Shown piece after piece: positions 1 through 10,390 of a stretch of DNA of 64,000 bases. Numbering within the stretch: the first letter of the stretch is position 1; each line of letters starts with the position of its first letter. The DNA lies in assembly GCA_964036045.1 (NCBI GenBank), contig OZ038378.1, positions 174,344,001-174,408,000 on the forward strand, in the 5' to 3' direction. The notes beneath the pieces were generated by a model. That model made no database searches. It was not told the DNA's origin and was given only the letters and a program-made list of their open reading frames with translations. A program made the translations under genes and the position numbers. This DNA comes from Eutreptiella sp. 'Long Island Sound 2002'. Its lineage: Eukaryota > Protista > Euglenida.

Positions 1-805
1 GCGTGAAGTGGATGGGAAAGGTGGTCGGGGGAGACCGGGGAGGAGTGCAGAATGCCGCAGCACTGCAGGCACACCTCGTCTGCTGTTGGCTTAGACTAGC
101 CACCACCGGATATTCGGACAAAGGGCTGAGGCGCATGCTCGGGAAACTACAGTGCGCACTGCGGCTGGGGAGGGGGACACAGCCTTTCCTGGCTGACGCG
201 TACCGTTGGCTCAACCAGGGACCCAGTACTGCGAAGTGTACACCACCCAAGGTCTTGCGGGGCCGGCTGGAAGGCATTGCTTGAGCTTTGGTCCCATGGG
301 TGCCCCACGGCACCCTGGGATCAACTGATACGTTTTACTGCGACGCGGTCGACAGGGCCAGAATTATTATGTTGGCATTTGGGGGGATTCACTGGGTATG
401 CGTAAAAAGAGGCTGCCTGATTGGGTGGCTACACAGCAAGCAGCGGAGCTGGCTGGTATTGTCGAGACAGTGCGCACGGGGGCATACAGACGGGTGCAGT
501 TCCTGCGGATCTATAGTGACAACATGTCATCATTGTTTTCTGCCATGAAGGGCAGAGCAGCCACGGCCTGTGATGCACAAAACAGGCTGCTGCGCCAGCT
601 GCAGCACACTCTGCGTTGGTCAGGGGCGGTGGTTGAACTGCTGTGGGTTAAGGGAGTGTTGAACCCAGCGGATGTTCCATCCCGCTGGAGATCTTATGAA
701 TCTCCTGACGACATGCTTGTCGCAGCACTATGCACACAGACACGCTTGGACCAGGAATGCGTGCACACACCCCTGCATGTAGGGACAGTGCAATACAGAG
801 GCTGA
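1..805 (+). mobile_element. Degenerate RT-connection/RNase H region of a DIRS-like (tyrosine-recombinase-class) retroelement, cut by the window start
   Basis: Broken frames give ...LRRMLGKLQ... and FYCDA (first RNase H Asp), then ORF 398-805 with QQAAELAG, IYSDNMS and WVKGVLNPADVPSR. These match the DIRS1-type RNase HI motif pattern. A stop at 282-284 and a frameshift indicate decay; poly-G follows the final stop. Confidence 0.65.
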
Positions 806-985
806 GGGGGGGGGGGGGGGGGCACAGGCGCAGGGAGAGCCACACAGCAGCCGCAAGGGCAACACGTGGGAGCCACCCGGTTTTCGAGGTAAGCCAGCGC
901 CACCCTGCCCTACCCCCCCCGTGCCCTCTCCCCTGTCTTTTCTAGAGACAGAGGGGGGGGGGGGGAGCCGCACAGCGTTTTCATC

Positions 986-1478
986 GGGTAGGGGCATGGA
1001 CCTGAACCCCGAGTTGTTGTCAGCAAGTGAATGGCTGTGTGTTGGACTTGTGGTGCAGTGCATGTTTCAGTGCAGGGTGCATAACTTAAACCTTAGTTTA
1101 TGGATATAAACTATAGTTTAGGACCCCGACTGTGTTGCATAGTGTGTTCTTTGCACTGATGGTTGGGTCCCCCACCCACCCACCCTTACTGGCCCCAGAT
1201 CTGCTCCCCCACCCACCACACCGGCCAGTGCCTTGCCCCCACCCACCCACCCCCCCTCCGGATCGCGGAATGCACCATGCGCCTGTACCACAGTACAGAC
1301 AGCCCGGCCACATCTGCCTTGCATTCACTGTCTATTGGAAGCAGCCTGCCTGGCTGCACATGCCCTGCCCCCGGGTAGGGGCATGGACCTGAACCCCGAG
1401 TTGTTGTCAGCAAGTGACAGGCTGTGTGTTGGACTTGTGGTGCAGTGCATGTTTCAGTGCAAGGTGCATAACCTAAAC
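986..1478. repeat. Pair of ~106-bp direct repeats (986-1091 and 1373-1478) around a 281-bp spacer
   Basis: gggtaggggcatggacctgaaccccgagttgttgtcagcaagtga...ggtgcataac(t/c)taaac occurs twice with few substitutions. Confidence 0.9.
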
Positions 1479-1517
1479 TGTGAGTCCATGTCTAATTCAC
1501 TTGTGGGTGCGTGTGAT

Positions 1518-2063
1518 AAAATCACCTGGAAGAGAGGTTGTTAGATCAAGCGCAGGCGTGAGCGTCGTATACCTCCCCCTCTTTGTGGTCGTTCGCGTAG
1601 CATACGCCAATGTATGGTTTCTAACGTTTAATCCTTTGTAAAATCATCACTTTAGGACCAAAAATGATCCCCCAATGATTTTTTTTGGATTTTGACCCCC
1701 GTAACCCCCCCCCCCCCCCGCACCTGGGTACCCCTTTTTCGGGGGGTGGTCAAAACTTCTTTGCGTATTGTGGCCGCTGTGTATTTATTTGGACCTTGGT
1801 CCTGGAGAACGTTTTTCTTGTATATGGACCCCCTAACCGATGGCTCCCGGGTCCCAACTCCAGGAAACCCCAGTCGGCCCCACCCGGGGATGCGTTTATT
1901 GGACAAAATAATGATTTTACAAAAGGGTAAACTAACAATTCAAACCCTTGGGGTAGGGTACGCAAATAGCCCCAAAAAGGCCCAAAATGGGGGTTTATGT
2001 GGCTCTTTCCCGTATATATGGGCCTACCTAGCTTTGATCTAACAACCTTTGCGAGGTGATTTT
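1518..2063. mobile_element. Non-autonomous element with imperfect terminal inverted repeats, related to the ends of the tandem-repeat-carrying element family
   Basis: Left end aaaatcacct..aggttgttagatcaa; right end ttgatctaacaacct..aggtgatttt. The same terminal module recurs at ~6715-6940, 7820-7967, 30265-30520 and 58200-58345. Confidence 0.7.
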
Positions 2064-2169
2064 GAGTTTTCCGGGGGGCCCATGGCTCGGGCTAGATGGG
2101 CCCAGTGGCCACTATATGGGTCCCCATGAGTGCTCAAGTACCCGTACTGCCACCAAATGATCACCCAAA

Positions 2170-4916
2170 TGTAAGCGACAGGATTATCCCACAGCCTCAA
2201 CGCGCATAAAGAACTGCACAATCCCATCTCTTGTAACTCAGATTGTTATACCCTTTGTCCGGGTCATGTCATATCTACACAAGAATGATATCAATGATAA
2301 AACACATACAAACATGTACAAATACACATGAATCTCATCATTCGAAATCTCGGTTTAATCTTTATCCGCACTCACGCGCGACCTACATTCTGCAACTATC
2401 GCGACTGCAAGCGCTGCAACTCATTTCCATTACACTCCCCTCCTAAGACCTGACATACACCTATGGAGGGGTCTGAAAATCATCAAATCTTATGGGGATG
2501 AGTTGCTGTGCCATATATAATCTGTTGGGTGCCTCAATGCAATCTGCAATTGGTTCAAATACACCATGGGGTTAGTCACCATGACCCTACACACTCCCCT
2601 ACCAAGCTTCAGGACCCCTGCCCCTAGCTGTCTAAGGCGGGCCTACTATGCCTCAGGGCCTAGCTGTTCAAACTGCTCTATAACATGCTTCAGTCACCTT
2701 AGCTTTCTATAGACTAGTGTGCAATGCCTCAACCCCTAGCTGTCTAGGCCTGAGTGTGTATCATACAATATTTTGATAAATTAGATTGAGAATTGGTGTT
2801 GAATTGTACAAAAAACTGGCAACCCATATGGCACAATAAAATAAATTACAACATCAGTGGGGGCTTTTTATTGTTTCCAGTGGCTTGGCTTTTCCTGCTG
2901 CACCTGCACAAAATATTTTGCTCCAAAAACCCACTGCTGGATTTTTTCCAAACAGTTTTCACAAAAAAGAGCCATCAGTGGTATGGCTACTCATGCAAAA
3001 ACAATGGTCCTCTGGGCGCACACCAGAGACCAAAACTGTTTTCAGAGGTTCAATAAAAACAGTTGTCATGCCCCACGCGAAAAGGGCAGAGTGGCCCGGG
3101 CTCCAACCAGCGCCACTGTAACCAGCTCCCTGCAATCCCTGCAAGGACCAAACACAAAGAAAAAAAAGAGCAAACTGCTTCCACACAAGCAGTGCAGAAT
3201 TCCAAAGCTGGGCAAACACGCCAGCGCAAGGACTCATCAGAGTCCACTGAGTGTCTCTCCAAAAGAAGGCACCCCACAAAATTAGGTGCAAAGCCAAAAA
3301 ACAGGCCTGAACTCAGGAGGGTCAGCGCCAAAGGCAACTGCAGTGGCAGCGCCATCGCTGATATATATAAGCCACTGAAAAAACTCGAACCCCAAAACAA
3401 CCCAGATGCCACAAAGGCACACCAGGGCACTGTCGCAAAAAAATAAGGCAAACCTGATAATATGTATGCACCAACCAGTGCAAAACACGTGTTGGCTGAG
3501 GCTGCCGGCGCCTCAGCGACATACCTGTTTTTCTCATCCTGCTCATTTGCATGCACAACATGCAACAGTAAGTGCCAAACAAACGGCGCTACCCAACGAC
3601 TGACAAACGAGGGAATAAACACCACCAAAATTCAGTGAGCAGGGCACACAGGACGCGCAAGCACATCCACTACACACCCACACCTCTGGTGTCACTGTTT
3701 CGCACAAACACACCCAAGAGCGGACGCGCACACACATCAACACTCGTGAATGCATAAGCTGTGAAACCTCCCACAAATGTAATTACACGTCAAGCGCCTC
3801 TGATGAACTCGTCGTTTGTGTCGCTCGTCGCTTGCGACACCGCGTCCTCTTGCTCCTTGTCTTCGGCTGTTCACACGCCGACTGCAACTCTGCCTCTGCC
3901 GCATCTAGCGCCGCCACGAAAGACTCCCAAAATTCTTTCGTTCCCGTGGGCTGAAGACTGGGCTCCGGCGCCCTCTCTTTGGGCTTTCGCAAAACCTAAG
4001 GCTCGCCGTTGTTGCTCAGAGCGCCTCCACACTTGTCATTGTCGCTCCAGTACAGCGCGGCTCTCTGCTCCGTTCGCCTACCTGTGTGTCTCTCTGATTC
4101 GTTCGCCTTTGGAGGATGACTGTCTTGCTGTAGTTCCCATTGCGCTTGTGTGACGAACTCTGCAGCGTTCGGCGCCTCGCTCGCCAAGTTGGTGAGCGCG
4201 TTTGGCGCCTCCTTTGCTCGTGAAAAATTTTCTTGGAAGCAATCACTCATGTGTTCCTCTTGTTTTTGCACCCACAAGGCTTGTTCAATGCCGCCGGCTC
4301 CGCACTCCCAAAGGTCTCCTCTCCTCTCTTCTCTACCCTTGCGATACCTCTCGGCTCTAGCGTTTCTCAGCTGCGCAGCAAAATCGGCGGCTGCTTCCTT
4401 GAGTCCCAGTCCCCTGTTTACGGCGTGTATGGCACAAGCTCTCACTGCTCTCTCTTGCGCTATTTCTCGTACCGATCCCTCTGTGCGACTCATGATCCCT
4501 CTCACCAGCAGCTCATCGCAGCACTCGACGATCTTGTTGTCATCCAACATGTTGAGCAAGCGCTACCGAAAAAGGTCTTCAGGGACTCCTTGGCAGCATC
4601 GGCAACGGAACCCCACCTGCCTGTCAGAACCCGGAACTTAGGTAACAATCTTGTAAGCGACAGGATTATCCCACGGCCTCAACGCGCATAAAGAACTGCA
4701 CAATCCCATCTCTTGTAACTCAGATTGTTATACCCTCTGTCCGGGTCATGTCATATCTACACAAGAATGATATCAATAATAAAACACATACAAACATGTA
4801 CAAATACACATGAATCTCATCATTCGTAATCTCGGTTTAATCTTTATCCGCACTCACGCGCGACCTACATTCTGCAACTATCGCGACTGCAAGCGCTGCA
4901 ACTCATTTCCATTACA
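2170..4916 (-). mobile_element. Non-autonomous LTR retroelement (265-bp LTRs, 2.2-kb internal region)
   Basis: LTRs 2170-2434 and 4652-4916 (TGTAA...TTACA, 4 substitutions seen). 5-bp TSD CCAAA at 2165-2169 and 4917-4921. PPT on the minus strand at 2435-2447 (cttaggaggggag). No RT or integrase ORF inside. Confidence 0.93.
3996..4559 (-). pseudogene. Helical/charged ORF remnant just downstream of the PBS, possibly gag-like
   Basis: 187-aa ORF in the position where gag is expected in the LTR element 2170-4916. No diagnostic motif recognised; the call is positional. Confidence 0.3.
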
Positions 4917-5030
4917 CCAAACACATCCAAGGGGCAACAGAAGGGTTTCAGGAAAAGTCAAAATGTGAAAAACTTTCAAGAGTCACTAAACAGCCTACGC
5001 AACAGCAATTTTGAGGCTTTCAGAGGGCCC

Positions 5031-6322
5031 ATTCCAATGAGTTTTTGGTCCGGACCCCCCCAGACCGCCTGCACTTGAAACCCACTTTTTTCAGGTTTTG
5101 AGGGAGGTGGGTGGGGGTGGGGTGGGGTGGGGTGGGGTGGGGTGGCCGGTGGGGGCAGAAATGTCGAAAGAATGACACCCCTCCTCTTTTTTTTGGTTGA
5201 AAATCAGGAATCTTTTGGTTTTTTTCAATTTTGAGCCAAAAAATTCTTTCCGGGTCCCGACTCCATGGGGTTTGTATGGGGCGGAGGGGGACGAGTGCTG
5301 ATGCAGTTAATGCATTTTTCAGCCATTTTTGCTATGTTTGTGGTTTTGGCGACATCGGTGACCCCGTGGTACCCACTCTGAGGGGTGTGAGTGGGGATGT
5401 TGTGACAGCATATGCCTACTAGGATACGGAAGGACGTTTTTTTGCAGTCTCTAGCCTTGCTGAGAGCCGGTAACAAGCCGTGCCAGAGACGCCAAATGAC
5501 TGTTTCTACCAATAATGGCCCAGTGAATGGGCCGGTACACAACCTGCTAATGCAGCTTTTCACACCGGGCAGCTCAAAAATCGAAGTTTTCGAAACTTAT
5601 TTTTATGATACTGTGATCACCTAAAATGGCCATCCAAGGTGTTAAAGCATATTTTAGGCCATATTTACATGTTTTCCCCCCCATTTGGGTATTAGGTCCG
5701 AGGGGGGTATGGGGGGCTCACGAGGGATTGGTAGAGAACCTGCTAATTCACCTTTCCACCCTGGGCAGCCCAAAAATCGAAGTTTTCGAAACTTTTTTCT
5801 ATGATACCGTGAATCACCTAAAATGCTTTGTAAAGCATGTTTTAGGCCGTATTTACATGTTTTTTACCCTATTTGGGTATTGGGCGCACTGAGGGGGGGG
5901 GTTTTCCCAAGGGATTGGTACACAGCCTGCTCATGCAGTTTTTCACCCTAGGATGCTCGAGAAATGGAAGTTTTCGAAACTTCTTTTTCTCATACCGTGA
6001 TCACTTAAAATGACCGTCCAAGGTATGTAAAGCATGTCTTAGGCCGTATTGGCGTGTTTTCGCCTTTGGGCGCGCCGCGGGGGGGGGGTTCTCCGGGGGG
6101 GGGGGGGTCTCCCAAGGGATTGGTACACAACCTACTCATGCAGTTTTTCACCCTGGACAGCTCAAAAATTGAAGTTTTCCAAACTTGTTTTTTTGATACC
6201 AAGATCACCTGAACTGACCATCCAAGCTATGTAAAGCATGTTATATCGTGTTTTCCCTATTTTCTGTGTGTGTTGCTTGGAGTAGATTGTCTGCGAGGCG
6301 GATTTACCCAAGGCAATAGAAT
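5031..6322 (+). mobile_element. Copy 1 of a dispersed non-autonomous element with internal ~195-bp tandem repeats
   Basis: Unique 5' body (ccaatgagtttttggtccggaccc...gggtcccgactccatggggtttgtatgggg...), then about 4 units containing gctcaaaaatcgaagttttcgaaactt...gtgatcacctaaaatgaccatccaag...ttttaggccgtattt, then a terminal block ...tctgcgagg...aaggcaatagaatt. Confidence 0.8.
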
Positions 6323-6714
6323 TTGCTGTTTGTAGGTGGTTCAATTGCATTTGGTGTGTGAACCAACCAATTTTCCACCCTCTACAGGTCATAAATGGAA
6401 AATTATGCAAAAGACTTTTTTGATATTGAGACCACTTACAAGGATGATGTGTGCTACGTAAAGCATGTTTATGTTCATGTTTATGTTTCTGTAGCTTTCC
6501 AACCTTGGCAGCTCAAAAATGGAAATTTCTGAAACTAGCTTTTTTGATACTTTGACCATCGAAAATGATCAAATATCCTATGTAAAGCATGTTCTAGCCC
6601 TCCTTTTTATGTATTTTTCACCTACTCTCTTCAGGTCTTGGGGGGGGGGGGCGCCCAAGGGGTCTAGGGCACATCCTGCTTATGCAATGTTCCCGCCTCG
6701 GCAGCTCAGAACTA

Positions 6715-9700
6715 GAAATCACGTCGCAGAGGTTGTTGGATCAAAGCCATGCAGGCGCATATAGGACATACCCATTTAGGCCTTTTTGAGGCTATTCGCA
6801 TACCCTACCTCAAGGGGTGTAATCGTTAGCCTAACCCTTTATGAAATTATCATTCTGTCCAATAAACGCATCCCCCCGTGAGTTTCTGGTCCAAACCCTC
6901 CCACATCACGCCTACTTGAAACCCACTTCAGAAATCAATCCGAAATCAGAATCAGAAAAATAAGTTTCGAAAACTTCGATTTGTGAGTTGCACATAGTGA
7001 AAAACTACATAAGCAGGTTGCGTACCAATTCCTTGGGACCCCCCCCCCCCCCCGGACCTGTCACCCAAATATTGTGAAAAACATGTAAATATGGCCCAAA
7101 ACATGCTTTACATACCTTGGATGGTCATTTTAGGCGATCACAATATCATAAAAAGAAGCTTCGAAAACTTCGATTGTTGAGCTGCCCAGGGTGAAAAAAA
7201 CTGCATAAGCAGGTTATGTACCCATCGCTTGCGAGACCCCCCCCCCCGACCGGACTTAATACCCAAATAGGGTGAAAAGCGCGTAAATACAGCCTAAAAC
7301 ATGCCTTACATAGCTTGGATCGTCATATCGTGTGGTCACCGTATCATAAAAATAAGTTTCGGAAACTTCGATTTTGGAGTTGCCCGGTGTGAAAAGCTGC
7401 ATAAGCAGGTTGTGTACCGGCCCATTCACTAGGCCATTGTTGTCGGAAAAAGTCATTTCACGTTTTTGGCACGGCTTGTGACCGGCTCTCAGCAAGGCTA
7501 AAGACTGCAAAAAAATGTCCTTCCGTATCCTAGTAGGCATGTACTGTCACAACATCCCCACTCACACCCCTCAGAGTGGGTACAATGCGGTCACTGGTGT
7601 CGCCAAAACCAGAAACGTAGCAAAAATGGCTGAAAAGTGCATTAACTGCATCAGCGCTCGTCCCACTCCGCCCCATATAAACCCCATGGAGTCGGGACCC
7701 GGAAACACTTTTTCGGCTCAAAATCGAAAAAAAACCAAAAGATTCCTGATTTTGAACCCAAAAAGGGGGGGGGGTTCGTTTTTTGACCCCCCCCCCCCAC
7801 CACTCCCCCACCGCCCTCAAGACTTGAAAAAAGTGGGTTTCAAGTAGGGGTGGTGTGGGGGGGTTTGGACCAAAAGCTCATGGGGGGATGCTTTTATGGG
7901 ACAAAATACTTATTTCACAGGAGGTTTGACGAGCAATTCAACCCCTTCAGGTAGGGTACGCAAATAGTGAAGCAGAATCGGTAACGATCCCCGCGTTTGC
8001 ATTTTTGTAGCAGAGCTTAGCGTCGCGAAGGCTTCTCGCGCATAGCGCGAAGTCACGCAAATGACGCAATTTTACGTCAAGAGATTGACTGAAGGCAGCC
8101 AAAAGCTGCCGTTACGTGTTTTTATTTGGCATTTATTTTTTATATAGTTAAATTCTGTAGCTTAATATATGCGATTTGCGTGGTGTATGTTAATTCTGTT
8201 TGTTACGGAATCTGTTTGTCGTTGACGTTCAGGTTTGTGTCATATGGGAGGACCGTCAAAGGTTCTCAGAATTATTTGTAGGCCGGCACTGGCCTGAACG
8301 CCGCATCCCTCGTCCTGGGGCAGCATGCCAGGGCATCGTGGACGCAGAGTACGCCCTCGTTGAGGGCCAAAGGTGTGGAATACGCCGGTGGCGCTTAGCA
8401 TCGTGGCAAGAGCGCCCTCGTTGAGGGCCTACGGCTACTGGCCTATGGCGCTCAGCATCGTGGAAGCTGAAAACTGGAAGGTCTCAGCCTATGATGGATT
8501 CACTGAAAGAAACCCTCGATACAGGTTAGACCTCCTGTGGATTTGGTGCGCTGCGTTTGCTATTGGGTGCCAGCAAGGCTTGGACGATCCAAGGGTTTGT
8601 ATCTTTGCATGAGCAGCAGGATATTTTATTATCAAAATCAATCTGTGGTTCAAAAAAGCTCGCAAGGAGTTCAGCTTTTCTCACGTGAAAGCAAGGCAGG
8701 ACCAAGCGTGCGGCGGCAAAGTATGCAGGAATACCAAGGGATCAGCATCTTGTTTTTCTCACGTCAAAGCAAAACAAGGGATCAGCATCTTGTTTTTCTC
8801 AAGTCAAAGCAAAGCAAGTGTGGCCAAGACAAGCTGGATAGCAAAATGGTAGACAAATCAGTGGATCAAGAAAGGGAAAATCAGTGCAAGGCAGAGATTT
8901 TCAAGATCAAAGAAACAAGTTCAGCGCAGTGTCCCGTGGGTCTCAAGGGTCGAAGGCCTCACGCTCCGCGAGGCCCCACGGTACCGCTTCAAAATAATTC
9001 TGAAGGAGCGTCTAGCCGCCTTAGACGCGTCCGATCATGTGTTGCAAGCAGCCGCGTGTGGAGTGGACAACAAAACTGAAGATTCCCGAATCCTTCGAGG
9101 GGTACACGTTCCGTGCCAGCGTGTACAAAGTATGGGTGCTCCCGACCATGGTCCACAGTTACAGCGGGTGGTGAAGAAAGGTGCACAAGACCAGCATCGG
9201 TGCTGCACGGAAGCCATGATGCGTCGGAGGAGACAACGTCGAAGCAGGCCTTCGTTCAACCTTCGAGGTCTCAGCGAGAGTCGCCAAGTAACGTTGGAGA
9301 AGCCCGTCTTCGCGGCCGGCAACCTGGCTAAGCTCTTAGGAGGGGCATGAAGCGGAATCGGTAACGATCCCCGCGTTTGCATTTTTGTAGCAGAGCTTAG
9401 CGTCGCGAAGGCTTCTGGCGCATAGCGCGAAGTCACGCAAATGACGCAATTTTACGTCAAGAGATTGACTGAAGGCAGCCAAAAGCTGCCGTTACGTGTT
9501 TTTATTTGGCATTTATTTTTTATATAGTTAAATTCTGTAGCTTAATATATGCGATTTGCGTCGTGTATGTTAATTCTGTTTGTTACGGAATCTGTTTGTC
9601 GTTGACGTTCAGGTTTGTGTCATATGGGAGGACCGTCAAAGGTTCTCAGAATTATTTGTAGGCCGGCACTGGCCTGAACGCCGCATCCCTCGTCCTGGGG

Positions 9701-10390
9701 CAGCATGCCAGGGCATCGTGGACGCAGAGTACGCCCTCGTTGAGGGCCAAAGGTGTGGAATACGCCGGTGGCGCTTAGCATCGTGGCAAGAGCGCCCTCG
9801 TTGAGGGCCTACGGCTACTGGCCTATGGCGCTCAGCATCGTGGAAGCTGAAAACTGGAAGGTCTCAGCCTATGATGGCTTCACTGAAAGAAACCCTCGAT
9901 ACAGGTTAGACCTCCTGTGGATTTGGTGCGCTGCGTTTGCTATTGGGTGCCAGCAAGGCTTGGACGATCCAAGGGTTTGTATCTTTGCATGAGCAGCAGG
10001 ATATTTTATTATCAAAATCAATCTGTGGTTCAAAAAAGCTCGCAAGGAGTTCAGCTTTTCTCACGTGAAAGCAAGGCAGGACCAAGCGTGCGGCGGCAAA
10101 GTATGCAGGAATACCAAGGGATCAGCATCTTGTTTTTCTCACGTCAAAGCAAAACAAGGGATCAGCATCTTGTTTTTCTCAAGTCAAAGCAAAGCAAGTG
10201 TGGCCAAGACAAGCTGGATAGCAAAATGGTAGACAAATCAGTGGATCAAGAAAGGGAAAATCAGTGCAAGGTAGAGATTTTCAAGATCAAAGAAACAAGT
10301 TCAGCGCAGTGTCCCGTGGGTCTCAAGGGTCGAAGGCCTCACGCTCCGCGAGGCCCCACGGTACCGCTTCAATAGCCCCGAAAAGCCCTT
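6715..10390 (-). mobile_element. Inverted copy of the same element family (terminal modules at both ends), interrupted by the LTR element 7968-10371
   Basis: 6950-7900 is the reverse complement of the body and tandem units of 5031-6240. The terminal module gtagggtacgcaaatag|ccccgaaaagccc is split by the LTR insertion. Confidence 0.7.
7968..10371 (+). mobile_element. Young non-autonomous LTR retroelement (two 1024-bp LTRs, 356-bp internal region; TRIM/LARD-like)
   Basis: LTRs 7968-8991 and 9348-10371 (TGAAGC...GCTTCA, about 5 substitutions seen). TSD ATAG at 7964-7967 and 10372-10375. PPT cttaggagggg(ca) at 9335-9347. No coding capacity for RT or IN. Confidence 0.93.

Noticed and set aside
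7968-10371. Simple 1380-bp tandem duplication or rDNA-spacer-like repeat
   Set aside because: TG...CA termini, TSD, PPT and a unique 356-bp middle define an LTR-internal-LTR structure. A 5-bp TSD AATAG is formally possible but would remove the terminal A of the 3' LTR.
8200-10375. Duplicated short ORFs (74, 79 and 152-180 aa) as genes
   Set aside because: They lie within the LTRs, start at non-ATG codons or overlap each other, and show no motifs.
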